Shown in pieces: positions 1 through 9,612 of a stretch of 64,000 nucleotides of DNA. A model generated the notes under the pieces. It ran no database searches and was not told the origin of the DNA. It saw only the letters and a program-made list of their open reading frames with translations. The stretch is taken from NCBI GenBank assembly GCA_030693205.1, contig JAUYBG010000010.1:130059-194058 (forward strand), written 5' to 3'. Numbering within the stretch: the stretch's first letter is position 1; each line of letters opens with the position of its first letter. The position numbers were made by a program, and so were the translations under genes. Source of the DNA: a bacterium. GTDB taxonomy: Bacteria; Patescibacteriota; Minisyncoccia; JAHIHE01.

Positions 1-1
1 T

Positions 2-1153
2 GAAATAAATTTTGAAAAAGAACTTCTTGAAATGTCATTGCAGCTCAAAAACAGGAATTACCGGCTTGGAAAATATACTTGTTTTGCCATCACTGATCCC
101 AAAATCCGCGAGGTTTGGGCGGCTGACTTCCGCGACCGAATCATCCACCATTTGCTTGTCGGCTATCTTGAGCCTATTTGGGAGAAAAAATTCATTTTCC
201 ATTCCTACGCTTGCCGTAAAGAAAAAGGCGCGCATAAAGCTATAAAAAATCTCAGGCAAGCACTTAATATTCAATCGCCGAATATCCATAAATTATGGTA
301 TTTAAAAATAGACATAGAAAGTTTTTTTATGAGCATTAATAAATTCGTCCTTTTCTCGCTCGTTCAAAAACATATCAATAATACCGATATTTTATGGCTC
401 TCCAAGCTTATTATTTTCCAGAATCCAACCGACAATTATCTCATCAAGGGAGACAGAAAAATCCTAGCCTCTATTCCAAAAAACAAATCTTTTTTTCATG
501 CCCCGCCAAGCAACGGACTGCCTATTGGCAATTACACTTCACAATTTTTCGCCAATGTTTATCTCAATGAAGCCGATCAATTTATAAAACATAATCTTAA
601 ATGCCGCCATTATTTCCGCTATATGGATGATTTCTTGCTGCTTCACGAGGACAAAAATATTCTCCTGAAATGGCGAGATAAAATTTCAAATTTTCTTGAA
701 AACCGGCTAAAACTCACGCTTCATCCTAAAAAACAGTTTCTTCAGCCAGTTTCGCGCGGCATTGATTTTCTCGGTTATATCGTAAAACCCGATTATATTC
801 TCAGCCGAAGAAGAATTATCGCTAATTTCAAAAAGAAACTGCATTATTTCAATAAACTGCTGAATAATGATGCCGAGCCTTGGCCAGAAAAACAAAATTT
901 TCAACCCGCTCTACCCTTAATATTCCATAATCAAACGCCGGCTTTGGAATTTATCCTTGAAACGCAGGCAACTATCAATTCTTATTACGGACATTTCAAG
1001 CATGCCAATTGCTCATATCTTCGGAAAAATCTCTGCCAAAAATATTTTAAAGAGCTGAATAACTTTCTGGATCCTGCTGATAAAACTTTTTCATCTTTCA
1101 TTATCAACCCCGCAATCAAAAAGTTCTACCAAGAAAAAAATAAAGAATATTAA
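2..1153 (+). CDS. DGR reverse transcriptase (5' end truncated by window edge)
   Basis: RT motifs DPKIREVWAADFRDRIIHH, LKIDIESFF, GLPIGNYTSQFFANVYLN, YFRYMDD, GIDFLGY. The frame is open from base 2, so the true start lies upstream. Adjacent to a TR/VR pair and Avd. Confidence 0.95.
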   Translation, partial: EINFEKELLEMSLQLKNRNYRLGKYTCFAITDPKIREVWAADFRDRIIHHLLVGYLEPIWEKKFIFHSYACRKEKGAHKAIKNLRQALNIQSPNIHKLWYLKIDIESFFMSINKFVLFSLVQKHINNTDILWLSKLIIFQNPTDNYLIKGDRKILASIPKNKSFFHAPPSNGLPIGNYTSQFFANVYLNEADQFIKHNLKCRHYFRYMDDFLLLHEDKNILLKWRDKISNFLENRLKLTLHPKKQFLQPVSRGIDFLGYIVKPDYILSRRRIIANFKKKLHYFNKLLNNDAEPWPEKQNFQPALPLIFHNQTPALEFILETQATINSYYGHFKHANCSYLRKNLCQKYFKELNNFLDPADKTFSSFIINPAIKKFYQEKNKEY

Positions 1154-1268
1154 CGGACGGAAGACAGCGCGAAATCTGTTGCTATTGTTGACATTATTAT
1201 TATTGAAGTTGGAACAGGCGTTATTGCCCGCTATCCTCGCATTATTGTTGTTGTGCTGCTCCGAAAGC
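1153..1268 (-). repeat. DGR template repeat (TR)
   Basis: 116-bp repeat of 1861-1976 with 13 mismatches, 12 of them at minus-strand TR adenines. Read in the target frame it has 14 AAC/AAT codons. Confidence 0.95.
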
Positions 1269-1442
1269 AAATGTCCGTCCACTTGCTAAAATCCGGAAGC
1301 CATCGCAATAGTGTGCGTAGGCCGCCTGTCATATATCCTGTCTTCTGCATAAAACAGAGGAATGGACTAGAATCTCCATTTTCCACCCTCTCCCTTTTGC
1401 CGTGGCAAAAAAGGACTCTGGCAGGAATAGAATAATCATAAT

Positions 1443-1793
1443 TTATTGATTAGCCCATTTCTGCCAGCCACCAAGCTGTTTCCCTATTTCTTCTATTTTT
1501 TCATTGAACACCCCCAATTGCCCTCTGCTTATAACTTTCAAATCAAACGCCAAACGCAGATGAATCCTCAGTACTTCTTTTTTATAATCTATCTCGGCTA
1601 TTCCTGATAATTTTTCTTTCCCCGTCATCGCGTTGGTTTTCATCACCAAGTCCAAAATTCCATGAGCGGTATTTTTCAAGCGCTCTCCCAGCGTATATTT
1701 ATATTCTTTGCTGAAATTTTTTGTTGTTTTGTATATTTCCAGCGTGAGAATATACGCAGATTGAAATATGGATATATGATCATAACGCGCCAT
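1443..1793 (-). CDS. avd: DGR accessory variability determinant Avd (four-helix bundle)
   Basis: 116 aa with FSKEYKYTLGERL, LRIHLRLAFDLK and EIGKQLGGW motifs; lies between the target gene and TR. Confidence 0.88.
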   Translation of the reverse strand: MARYDHISIFQSAYILTLEIYKTTKNFSKEYKYTLGERLKNTAHGILDLVMKTNAMTGKEKLSGIAEIDYKKEVLRIHLRLAFDLKVISRGQLGVFNEKIEEIGKQLGGWQKWANQ

Positions 1794-1858
1794 AAAATTA
1801 AATCAAATAATTCAAATATCCAAATTGTCTAATCATCAAATTGGAAAATGGAGAAAAC

Positions 1859-3523
1859 TTACGGACGGAAGACAGCGCGAAATCTGCTGCTACCGTAGAC
1901 AAGATTATTATTGAAGTAGGAACAGGCGTTATAGCCCGCTATCCTCGCACCCTTGTAGTAGTGCTGCTCCGAAAGCCATTCCCAAGAACCGCTATTAGAC
2001 AAATCTAAAAATTCATCAGTCCTGCCAACTTGCCCGCCATAATTACCATAGGTTTTATCAGCCGTGTATGCCCCTATAGTACTTTCATAATTAGAACCGC
2101 CGTCTTTATATCCGCAAAATCCGAAAAAATCGCTAGCCGTAGGCAATCTCGTGCCTTTCCAATTATTCAAAACCTCCTGTGTTAGCGGACCATTATTACC
2201 GTTTAGTTGGTCGTCAACATCTCCATCAACGATGGTTGTCGGGTTGTAAGTCGCATGCGGAACAAGATAAATAATCGCGAATGTTGAACCAATAGCCGGA
2301 TCCCCGCCTGTCCAGCCAGCCACAGTGAGCGCCGTTGCCGTATTGCTTTCAATTCGACCATAACTGCCCAAACCTGTACCACCAGTAATAAGCGCTTTTT
2401 GCCCAACCCATGCATTGGCGTTTAAAGAAAGTGAGGAGTCGGTTATGCTTGTTGCGTTTGCCGCCGTGGCTGTGCTAACCTTGACCGCGCGACTTGCTTC
2501 AGTGGGTAGCAAATCTCGGATGCCGTCATAGCAATCAGCGGTAGCCAGAGCAATAGCGCCGACGCCGACTTGCGCCGAAGTTGGATAAGACCCCCAACTG
2601 GGCGCGCCACTTGGAAAACTGCCGGCGCATGTCCAGTCACCTATCCATGAATTATCATAAAGAGCAAAACCGTCATCTTCAACAGCAAAAACCGAAGTGG
2701 CATCCGGCGTGCCGCAATTTGAAGCATAGGCGGAAGAAAGCCACGAACCATACACGGTAATAGTATCAGCGGTATTTAATTTGACAACGCCCCAGCAGTT
2801 GATAGCGGTGCCGGCAGTGATTTTAACAATCATATTCGCGTAAGCGTTCGCCGTCCAAACCGCGCCTGTTTTAATAATGGAATCTGCCGAACCGCCAGTC
2901 GCCGCCTGAGCGGTAATAGGCGTTGAGCCAATCTGCTCTGAACCATTCCAAGATAATGAAGTGACAGCTGATGCCCGAACACAAACACCGTCTTCGGGAT
3001 CAATGGTGTCGCCATCGCCGTTACCATCTTCAAACCAGTACCAAGCCGGGTTCTGGGCGTCGCAGGCGGCTTGAGTTATGCTAGTGCCAGACCATGCTGT
3101 GCCCGGATAGCCGGAATAAGCGCCTGTGGAAGAAACGCCAAAGGCCGTTCCTTTTTTAACCGTTGCTGTTGATAAATTATCAGCATTATAAGTGCCGGCT
3201 ACGCCTAGATATGATGTTCCGAGTTTGACAGTGTTGTCGACAATAGTGGGAATTGAATTATAAATTTCGGTCAAAGTGCGGCCGGTTCCTTCCAAGTTAT
3301 CCGAAAAAGCAAAACTATGACCGCCTTCAGTTGCCGTGGCATTAGTAGTTAGCCGCGTGTAAATTTCTGAAATAGTATAAAATTTCGCGGCAGGTTCGCT
3401 TCCGCCCGATGGCGGAGTAATAGTGCCGGCTTTAACAACCATAGAAATAATCAAAATCGAAATTAAAACGGTTAATCCGCTTTTAAACCCGCTGGATAAA
3501 TTTTGTTTATTAAAAATTCTCAT
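1859..3523 (-). CDS. DGR target protein, N-terminal membrane anchor/signal, C-terminal CLec-like variable domain
   Basis: Hydrophobic N-terminus; GSWEWL motif followed by the VR, which ends at the stop codon (..SRFRAVFRP). Confidence 0.9.
   Translation of the reverse strand: MRIFNKQNLSSGFKSGLTVLISILIISMVVKAGTITPPSGGSEPAAKFYTISEIYTRLTTNATATEGGHSFAFSDNLEGTGRTLTEIYNSIPTIVDNTVKLGTSYLGVAGTYNADNLSTATVKKGTAFGVSSTGAYSGYPGTAWSGTSITQAACDAQNPAWYWFEDGNGDGDTIDPEDGVCVRASAVTSLSWNGSEQIGSTPITAQAATGGSADSIIKTGAVWTANAYANMIVKITAGTAINCWGVVKLNTADTITVYGSWLSSAYASNCGTPDATSVFAVEDDGFALYDNSWIGDWTCAGSFPSGAPSWGSYPTSAQVGVGAIALATADCYDGIRDLLPTEASRAVKVSTATAANATSITDSSLSLNANAWVGQKALITGGTGLGSYGRIESNTATALTVAGWTGGDPAIGSTFAIIYLVPHATYNPTTIVDGDVDDQLNGNNGPLTQEVLNNWKGTRLPTASDFFGFCGYKDGGSNYESTIGAYTADKTYGNYGGQVGRTDEFLDLSNSGSWEWLSEQHYYKGARIAGYNACSYFNNNLVYGSSRFRAVFRP
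1861..1976 (-). repeat. DGR variable repeat (VR)
   Basis: Matches TR except at adenines: TR HNNNNARIAGNNACSNFNNNNVNNSNR vs VR HYYKGARIAGYNACSYFNNNLVYGSSR. Confidence 0.95.
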
Positions 3524-3642
3524 AGTTTTATTATTAAACCGATTAATTAAAGCATAGATTTAAAAAATCAAAAAAGCGTCATAAAAAAGACGCTATATTG
3601 ATGAGTAATTTGAAAAAGATAAAACTCGGCGAGCCTTGTTTA

Positions 3643-3659
3643 CTCTCTCTCTCTCTCTC
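3643..3659. repeat. (GA/CT)8 dinucleotide microsatellite upstream of the DGR target
   Basis: ctctctctctctctctc, next to the 7-bp hairpin ttcagcc-ctgc-ggctgaa. Confidence 0.8.
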
Positions 3660-3782
3660 GTAATTCAGCCCTGCGGCTGAAATATATTTATAGTTTTGTT
3701 TAATCATAATTATATTATAGCATAATAAAAACTTAATGCAAAAGCCAAAATTGAAAATTCATGATTATTGAACCCGGAATAC

Positions 3783-3829
3783 GCTCTTATTATACCGCTT
3801 ATACCGCCAAACTGGCTTGCTTTCAAACT
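3783..3829 (-). promoter_or_regulatory. Sigma70-like promoter, copy A of a direct repeat
   Basis: Minus strand TTGAAA-17nt-TATAAG followed by a second TATAAT; near-identical to 4902-4939. Confidence 0.6.
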
Positions 3830-3856
3830 TGATCCACCCGCGCCAATTCTACCACC

Positions 3857-4258
3857 TTAAAATAATTTTTGTCCGGCGTTTAAATATTCCTCCACCTGCA
3901 AAACAATTTTTTTCAGCCATTCTTTATAACTCAAAGACTCTTTTCTCGTAATCAAAACGCCTCCGCTATACAAATCAAAATTTCTTTTCTTTCTCATTTC
4001 ATTGCCCATCGCGAAAATATCTTCATCGCCTAAATATTCGGATAATTTTTTAACTAAATCAATATGATGCCCGACCCGCGACCTGACTCTCAAATTATTC
4101 TTGGCGCAGACCGCAATCGCGATTTTAAGCAAACTATCATAGGAAAATTTAAAAATAATCTCAGGAATATCCGAATCGCGGGCAATTTTAAAATCCTTGA
4201 GCGCCGAATTAAAATAATTTTCAATTTGCCTATCGGTAAATTCTTGTTTTTTAAACAT
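3857..4258 (-). CDS. HEPN-domain protein (putative toxin)
   Basis: 133 aa helical protein with GHH and RKKRNFDLY motifs, directly downstream of an MNT gene. Confidence 0.7.
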   Translation of the reverse strand: MFKKQEFTDRQIENYFNSALKDFKIARDSDIPEIIFKFSYDSLLKIAIAVCAKNNLRVRSRVGHHIDLVKKLSEYLGDEDIFAMGNEMRKKRNFDLYSGGVLITRKESLSYKEWLKKIVLQVEEYLNAGQKLF

Positions 4259-4260
4259 AT

Positions 4261-4872
4261 TTATAAAATTTTAACTGCTTTACCGCTAAAAATATTAGTT
4301 ATAAATTCATCTTTATTTTTTTTCCTTTTGGCAAATTCCTCTTCGGTTAAATCGACAACATTAATCTCGCGCCTGATTTTTTCCTGTACTGGCAGCAGCG
4401 CTTTTGCCGCTTCCATAACCTGATGATCGCCGATTATCAAAACATCAATATCGCTTTCCGCTTCAAAATCTCCTTTGGCGTATGAACCGAAAATATAAGC
4501 TTCTTTTATTCCTTTAATTTTCTTTAAGCTACAGGCAATCATATCTCCCAATCCGTATTTCAATTCAAAAGCTTTTTTTACTTCTTTAAGCAAAGGGTAA
4601 TTCTTGTTGATAAAATAATACCTTTGCTCGCCTGAAAATTCCGAGCTTAAAATTCCCTCTTTTTCCAATTTTTGCAGTTTTCGGCTTAAATTTCCCGGGT
4701 CAGCTTCCAAAATTCGCGCCAGTTCGTTGATATAATTTTTCTTGCTCGGATTTATAAAAAAATATCTTAGCGCCTTAATGGTAATTTCTGATTTAAGGTT
4801 AAACATATTATTATAATTCTTATTGTTAATTCTTACAATAGTTATTGTAGCATTATACAATAATTTAATCAA
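4261..4872 (-). CDS. HTH + minimal nucleotidyltransferase (MNT antitoxin-like)
   Basis: N-terminal HTH (YINELARIL) and IFGSYAKG..ESDIDVLIIG. The true start may be the internal Met near 4806. Confidence 0.82.
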   Translation of the reverse strand: MIKLLYNATITIVRINNKNYNNMFNLKSEITIKALRYFFINPSKKNYINELARILEADPGNLSRKLQKLEKEGILSSEFSGEQRYYFINKNYPLLKEVKKAFELKYGLGDMIACSLKKIKGIKEAYIFGSYAKGDFEAESDIDVLIIGDHQVMEAAKALLPVQEKIRREINVVDLTEEEFAKRKKNKDEFITNIFSGKAVKIL

Positions 4873-4901
4873 CTCGAAAATTTAGAAATTATTAAAATCC
4901 T

Positions 4902-4939
4902 GCTCTTATTATACCGATAAACTGGCTTGCTTTCAAACT
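4902..4939 (-). promoter_or_regulatory. Sigma70-like promoter, copy B of the direct repeat
   Basis: Minus strand TTGAAA-gcaagccagtttatcgg(17)-TATAAT. Confidence 0.7.
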
Positions 4940-4951
4940 ATTCCGGCAAAG

Positions 4952-6154
4952 CTAACCTTTGTTTACCGACTCAAAAATCTCCAGCGTCTCTCTCGCGCAT
5001 TTGTTCCAGGAAAATTTTTTAGCCTGTTCGCGCCCTTTTAAGATCATTTTTTCTCTTAATTTTTCATTGCCTAGAACTTCTTCCATTGCCCGGGCAAGCT
5101 GGCCGCTATTGTAAGGATTGACCATTATGGCCGAAACTCCGACCACTTCCGGCAAAGACGAACAATCAGAAGTGATCACTGGCACATCGCTTGCCATCGC
5201 TTCCAGCGGCGGAAAACCGAAACCTTCATAGAAAGAAGGGTAAACGAACAAACTCGCAAGATTATATAAATACGCCTTGTCCTCATCCGCGATAAAACCG
5301 GTAAAAATTATATCGTCTTTCCAGGCGGAATGGCCAGCGGCATAAAATATGTCCTCGCAAAGCCACCCTTTGGAACCGGCGATCAATAACTTATGGCTTA
5401 AAGCCGATGGCGAATGGCTTTTTTTAAATAATTCAAAAGCCCTGATCAGCCCGATGATATTCTTGCGCGGCTCGATCGTTCCCAAATACAGAATATATTT
5501 TTCCGGCAAATTATATTTAATTTTAATTTCCTTAATTTTTGACCCTTTATCCTCCGTAGTTTTACTGTGTCCTTCTGAAGCCTTTGGCGAAAGAGGAGCG
5601 CAGGAGGAGACTCCGGAATAAATTACTTTTATTTTTTCTTTCGGAATGCCGTAGATCTCCCGAAGATCGTTCTTCGTCGATTCGGAAACCGCAATGATAA
5701 AATCCGCTTCCCGGGCAATTTTTTTGGGATTGACAAAATTATGCCAAAAAATCTGCTTGGGAGAAAAAAAATTGCTGTATTTTTCAAAAGAAAGATCGTG
5801 GAAAGTAACGACTTTTTTTGCTTTAAAAGACGGGAGCAGGTTAATATTCGGCTCAAACACAATATCCGCGCCATTCATTAATTTATCGATTTTAGGCCAG
5901 GAAAAAACCTTGAATGAAGCGTTCAAAATACGATTGGGAATAGACGAGCGGCAGAGGTCAATGTTAGAATTATTTTTTTTCGCTTTTTGGGAAAAATCCA
6001 AATAACGATTGCTTATGCTCTGGCCGCTGCTAAATAACAGGTATTTATTTTTATGATCAATGCTAAAAAGAGCGTTAAGGAGATTTAAAGCATATTCTTC
6101 CACGCCCGAATATTTTCCCTGCCCGATTGCCCGTAAATCAATGCCGATTATCAT
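4952..6154 (-). CDS. Glycosyltransferase family 4
   Basis: LGTIEPRKN and [19 protein letters not shown] motifs. Confidence 0.93.
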   Translation of the reverse strand: MIIGIDLRAIGQGKYSGVEEYALNLLNALFSIDHKNKYLLFSSGQSISNRYLDFSQKAKKNNSNIDLCRSSIPNRILNASFKVFSWPKIDKLMNGADIVFEPNINLLPSFKAKKVVTFHDLSFEKYSNFFSPKQIFWHNFVNPKKIAREADFIIAVSESTKNDLREIYGIPKEKIKVIYSGVSSCAPLSPKASEGHSKTTEDKGSKIKEIKIKYNLPEKYILYLGTIEPRKNIIGLIRAFELFKKSHSPSALSHKLLIAGSKGWLCEDIFYAAGHSAWKDDIIFTGFIADEDKAYLYNLASLFVYPSFYEGFGFPPLEAMASDVPVITSDCSSLPEVVGVSAIMVNPYNSGQLARAMEEVLGNEKLREKMILKGREQAKKFSWNKCARETLEIFESVNKG

Positions 6155-6379
6155 AAAATAAAATTACTAGGATCATATCTGCCAATACTTATTTTTTCTG
6201 CAAAAGCGCATTTTATCGCCTTCGTAAAACAATTTATTATTTTTTTAGAAAAAAGGCGATAAAATTCGAGTGAAGCATGAAAAAAATAATTATTAGCAAA
6301 AGGTATCAGCTGAACGTCTTTAAAGAAAAAATAAGTATTGGCAGATAAATTAGAAAAATCAAGATACTGCTTTTGCTTT

Positions 6380-6994
6380 TTACTTCTCACCCGAAAAATA
6401 ATTCTTCCCTAGCGCCATAAATATTCCCAAAAACAACCCCGCAACAACAGCTAAAACTCCATTTAGCAAAAGATCACTCTTCTTTTCGACCGAAAGCGGG
6501 TCGGAATAAATTACCTGAAAGCCAATCTGCTCGGCGCTGGAAGCGGAAAGCAGATCCGCTTTTTCCTGCAAAACATCCGTCATCGCGCGAGCCAAACTTT
6601 TTGCCGTTTCTTCGTCTTTAGTCTGATAACGCACCCTGACATACTGGCTGGAAAGCTTATCCGCCTTAAAAATTTTGGAATAGTCTTTCAGACTTCTCAT
6701 TTCATTTTCCGCTTTGGCCCGAATATAAATTTCATTGGCGACTGAAGCGCTCGCGAGCCACTGGCTGATGTTGTCGGCGAAAACATCGGACGCCTGAACG
6801 GCATAATAGCCGTCATATTTATAATACTCCGTCTTTTGCGTCCCACTTCGGGAAATCAGCAAAAGCATATCATTTTCATAAGATACTTCTTTTAAAAGAG
6901 AGAACGCCAACACTAGAAAAAATAAAACCAAGATCGAAATGCTAATTAAGTTTTTTTCTTTTTTAAAAATTCGAATGTATTCTTTTAGTTCCAT
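6380..6994 (-). CDS. Wzz/CapA-like polysaccharide chain-length protein
   Basis: MELKEYIRIF start, two terminal TM helices, located in a glycan cluster. Confidence 0.7.
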   Translation of the reverse strand: MELKEYIRIFKKEKNLISISILVLFFLVLAFSLLKEVSYENDMLLLISRSGTQKTEYYKYDGYYAVQASDVFADNISQWLASASVANEIYIRAKAENEMRSLKDYSKIFKADKLSSQYVRVRYQTKDEETAKSLARAMTDVLQEKADLLSASSAEQIGFQVIYSDPLSVEKKSDLLLNGVLAVVAGLFLGIFMALGKNYFSGEK

Positions 6995-7003
6995 AACAAT
7001 AAA

Positions 7004-8125
7004 TTAAAATTTAAAATTATTTATTTTTTTAAATTCTACCCATTCCCTTTCCACAAATTCTTTTATTTTTTTCTTAAAAATTTCCTTATCAAAACTCCTG
7101 ACGCTATCCTTTATTTTTTCACCATCGAAGTTTTTGTCCTTAAAATCGCGGACTGCGCCAACGATCGCATCCACAGTCTGTTCATCGAAGAATATGCCAT
7201 TTATGCCTTCCTTGACGATCTCGAGCGCCCCGCCTCCCCGATACGCGATAACCGGCGTGCCGGAAGCCAAAGACTCCAGAGCGACAATGCCAAAATCTTC
7301 TTCCTGAGGGAAAAGAAAAGCTTTCGCCTTGGCGTAATGATCCCGAATCTCTTCATCGGACTGCCAGCCCAAAAATTCTATGTTCGATTTTGCCATTTTT
7401 TTCAATCTTTGCATTTCCGGGCCATCTCCGATTATTTTCAGCCGCAAGCCCAAAGTATTGAACGCTCCGACCACCAAATCGAACCTTTTATACGGAATCA
7501 GTCTTCCGACAATTAAAAAATAATCCTCTTTCTTGATTTTCTTGTCCGGATTGAAAAACGCCAAACTGACCGGAGGATAGATCACTTCCGCCGAACGGCG
7601 ATAATATTTCGCGATGCGCTTGGCGACAAAATTTGAATTGGTGATAAATTTATCGACGCGATCGGCGGAAATCTTGTCCCAAAGCCTGATATAATTCATC
7701 GCCAGCGGAATCGCCTTCCTGATCAGCTTCGCGACGGAAAAATTTTCAGTATAGCTGTAATAATCATCCCACGCGTATCTCATCGGCGTGTGGCAATAAC
7801 AAATATGCAGCGTTCCGGAATTAGAGATTATTCCCTTGGCATAGCTGTTTGAATCGGACAAAACAATATCGTAAAAAGAAAGATCAAAGCTCTCGATCGC
7901 CATGGGCATTAAAATCGGAAAAGAGCGATGATGCGATTTTGACAGCGGCAAGGATTGCAAAAAAGAAGTATAGATCTTTTTACGGCCAAACCTGTTTTTA
8001 AAAATATTTTTATCGTAAACCAAAGTATAGATCGGAGCATAAGGAAAAATTTCGCTAAAAACCTCCAGCACTCTTTCGGCGCCGCCATATTGCACTAAAT
8101 AATCATGAACTAAGGCTATTTTCAT
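7004..8125 (-). CDS. Glycosyltransferase family 4
   Basis: [17 protein letters not shown] and EEDFGIVALESLASGTPVIA motifs. Confidence 0.93.
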   Translation of the reverse strand: MKIALVHDYLVQYGGAERVLEVFSEIFPYAPIYTLVYDKNIFKNRFGRKKIYTSFLQSLPLSKSHHRSFPILMPMAIESFDLSFYDIVLSDSNSYAKGIISNSGTLHICYCHTPMRYAWDDYYSYTENFSVAKLIRKAIPLAMNYIRLWDKISADRVDKFITNSNFVAKRIAKYYRRSAEVIYPPVSLAFFNPDKKIKKEDYFLIVGRLIPYKRFDLVVGAFNTLGLRLKIIGDGPEMQRLKKMAKSNIEFLGWQSDEEIRDHYAKAKAFLFPQEEDFGIVALESLASGTPVIAYRGGGALEIVKEGINGIFFDEQTVDAIVGAVRDFKDKNFDGEKIKDSVRSFDKEIFKKKIKEFVEREWVEFKKINNFKF

Positions 8126-9546
8126 TATTCCGCCTCTCTTTTGTTAATCACCGCCGGTATGGTCTTAAAAAGTATTTTCATATCGAGCCAAAAAGACCAA
8201 TTGGACAGATAATAATTATCCAGATCAAGTTCCTCGTTCGTGCTAAGATCCGAACGCCCGCCAACTTGCGCCAATCCGGTAATACCCGGTTTGATCTCCA
8301 GGTTTTTTCTGTAATAACTGCCGTTTTTTTCCACTTCTCTGGCTTGATGAGGCCGCGGTCCCACCAAACTCATTTGTCCCAATAAAACATTAAAAAGCTG
8401 CGGCAGCTCATCAATGCTGGTGCGGCGTATGAATTTGCCGAAGCTTGTCACTCTCGGGTCGTCTTTGATTTTATAAATCGCTCCGTGCCTCGTGTTTTTT
8501 TCTTTAATTAATTTTTTCTCATACTGAAGCGCTTGTTCATTCTGAACGCCAAATTGCTTCCCCGTGCAATAAGCAAGTTTCATCGAACGAAATTTAAAAA
8601 CATCAAAATTTCCTTTGGCACCGACTCTTTCGCTGTAATAAATAACCGGGCCTTTCGACTCAAGCCTTAAGATCAGAGCCGTAACGATCATCACGGGAGA
8701 AAAAATAATAATTCCAAAAATCGCCCCGACAATATCAAAAGCCCGCTTGATTATTTTTCCCCATCCGTCCAAGGGAGTTTTTTTAATTTCAACCAGCGTA
8801 ATGCCTTTGATCGTTTCCACGTCCACGTTGATCGTTTTGGCCTGAAAAAGATCGGGAATAAATTTAAAATCAATATGATAAACCTGGCAATATTCCAGAA
8901 GTTCAACAAGGATATTCCGCGGTATGGCCAGATCAGCGACAATTACTTCGTCAAACCTGACGGCATTGTAGCTTTTTTTAAAAGAATCCATCGAAAATTG
9001 CTTCTTGTCAACGATCGACCGATACCCAAGCGAAAGATTTGTCTGAAATTCCCTTACCAGATCCGCGCTTGCCTGGTTTTGGCCGATCACCAAAACCTTA
9101 TGAACTCCGTATCCATACTTTCCGATCATATGTCTTCTGGTTTTTTCCAAAATTATTCTGCCGGCGAAAACAAAAGTTATGGCGAAAAGCCAAGCGGCTA
9201 AAATAATAAAACGGGAAGAAAACAGGTCTCTTGTCAAAAAAGTAAAAAAAACCAGCGTCAATACGCCGAGCGTCACGCCTATCAATATTTTTGAAAAATC
9301 TTCTCTTAATTTTCTTTTTGTTTTAAAACTATAAAGCCCCAGCAAAGAAAAAATGACTATAAAAAAAAATGCCGCCGCTAGCGCGAGGACCGCATAACTG
9401 CCAAACGGCAGATCGAAAACAACTGGCCTGATATCGGTAAGACTTTTGTTAAAGCGCAAGAGATACGCAGCCACGCCGGCTAAAAAAAACATCAAAAAAT
9501 CTACCGGCACTAATAACATATTAAATACTAGTTCTGCCTTTTTCAT
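8125..9546 (-). CDS. Polyprenyl-phosphate sugar phosphotransferase (WcaJ/WbaP family)
   Basis: N-terminal TM helices; [28 protein letters not shown] and MSLVGPRP motifs. Confidence 0.93.
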   Translation of the reverse strand: MKKAELVFNMLLVPVDFLMFFLAGVAAYLLRFNKSLTDIRPVVFDLPFGSYAVLALAAAFFFIVIFSLLGLYSFKTKRKLREDFSKILIGVTLGVLTLVFFTFLTRDLFSSRFIILAAWLFAITFVFAGRIILEKTRRHMIGKYGYGVHKVLVIGQNQASADLVREFQTNLSLGYRSIVDKKQFSMDSFKKSYNAVRFDEVIVADLAIPRNILVELLEYCQVYHIDFKFIPDLFQAKTINVDVETIKGITLVEIKKTPLDGWGKIIKRAFDIVGAIFGIIIFSPVMIVTALILRLESKGPVIYYSERVGAKGNFDVFKFRSMKLAYCTGKQFGVQNEQALQYEKKLIKEKNTRHGAIYKIKDDPRVTSFGKFIRRTSIDELPQLFNVLLGQMSLVGPRPHQAREVEKNGSYYRKNLEIKPGITGLAQVGGRSDLSTNEELDLDNYYLSNWSFWLDMKILFKTIPAVINKREAE

Positions 9547-9612
9547 ACAGTTTTATTATGAAATATTACCTCCAAAACGGCAATTACCATTAATTCCCGA
9601 TAAGCAATGATC

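Noticed and set aside
2-1153. RT as group II intron, retron or Abi type
   Set aside because: The adjacent TR/VR pair with A-specific mismatches and Avd identify it as a DGR RT.
1091-1282. 63-aa Asn-rich ORF
   Set aside because: It is the DGR template repeat read in the target frame, not a likely protein.
6151-6390. 79-aa ORF between glycan genes
   Set aside because: No recognisable motif; cannot be supported as a gene or excluded.
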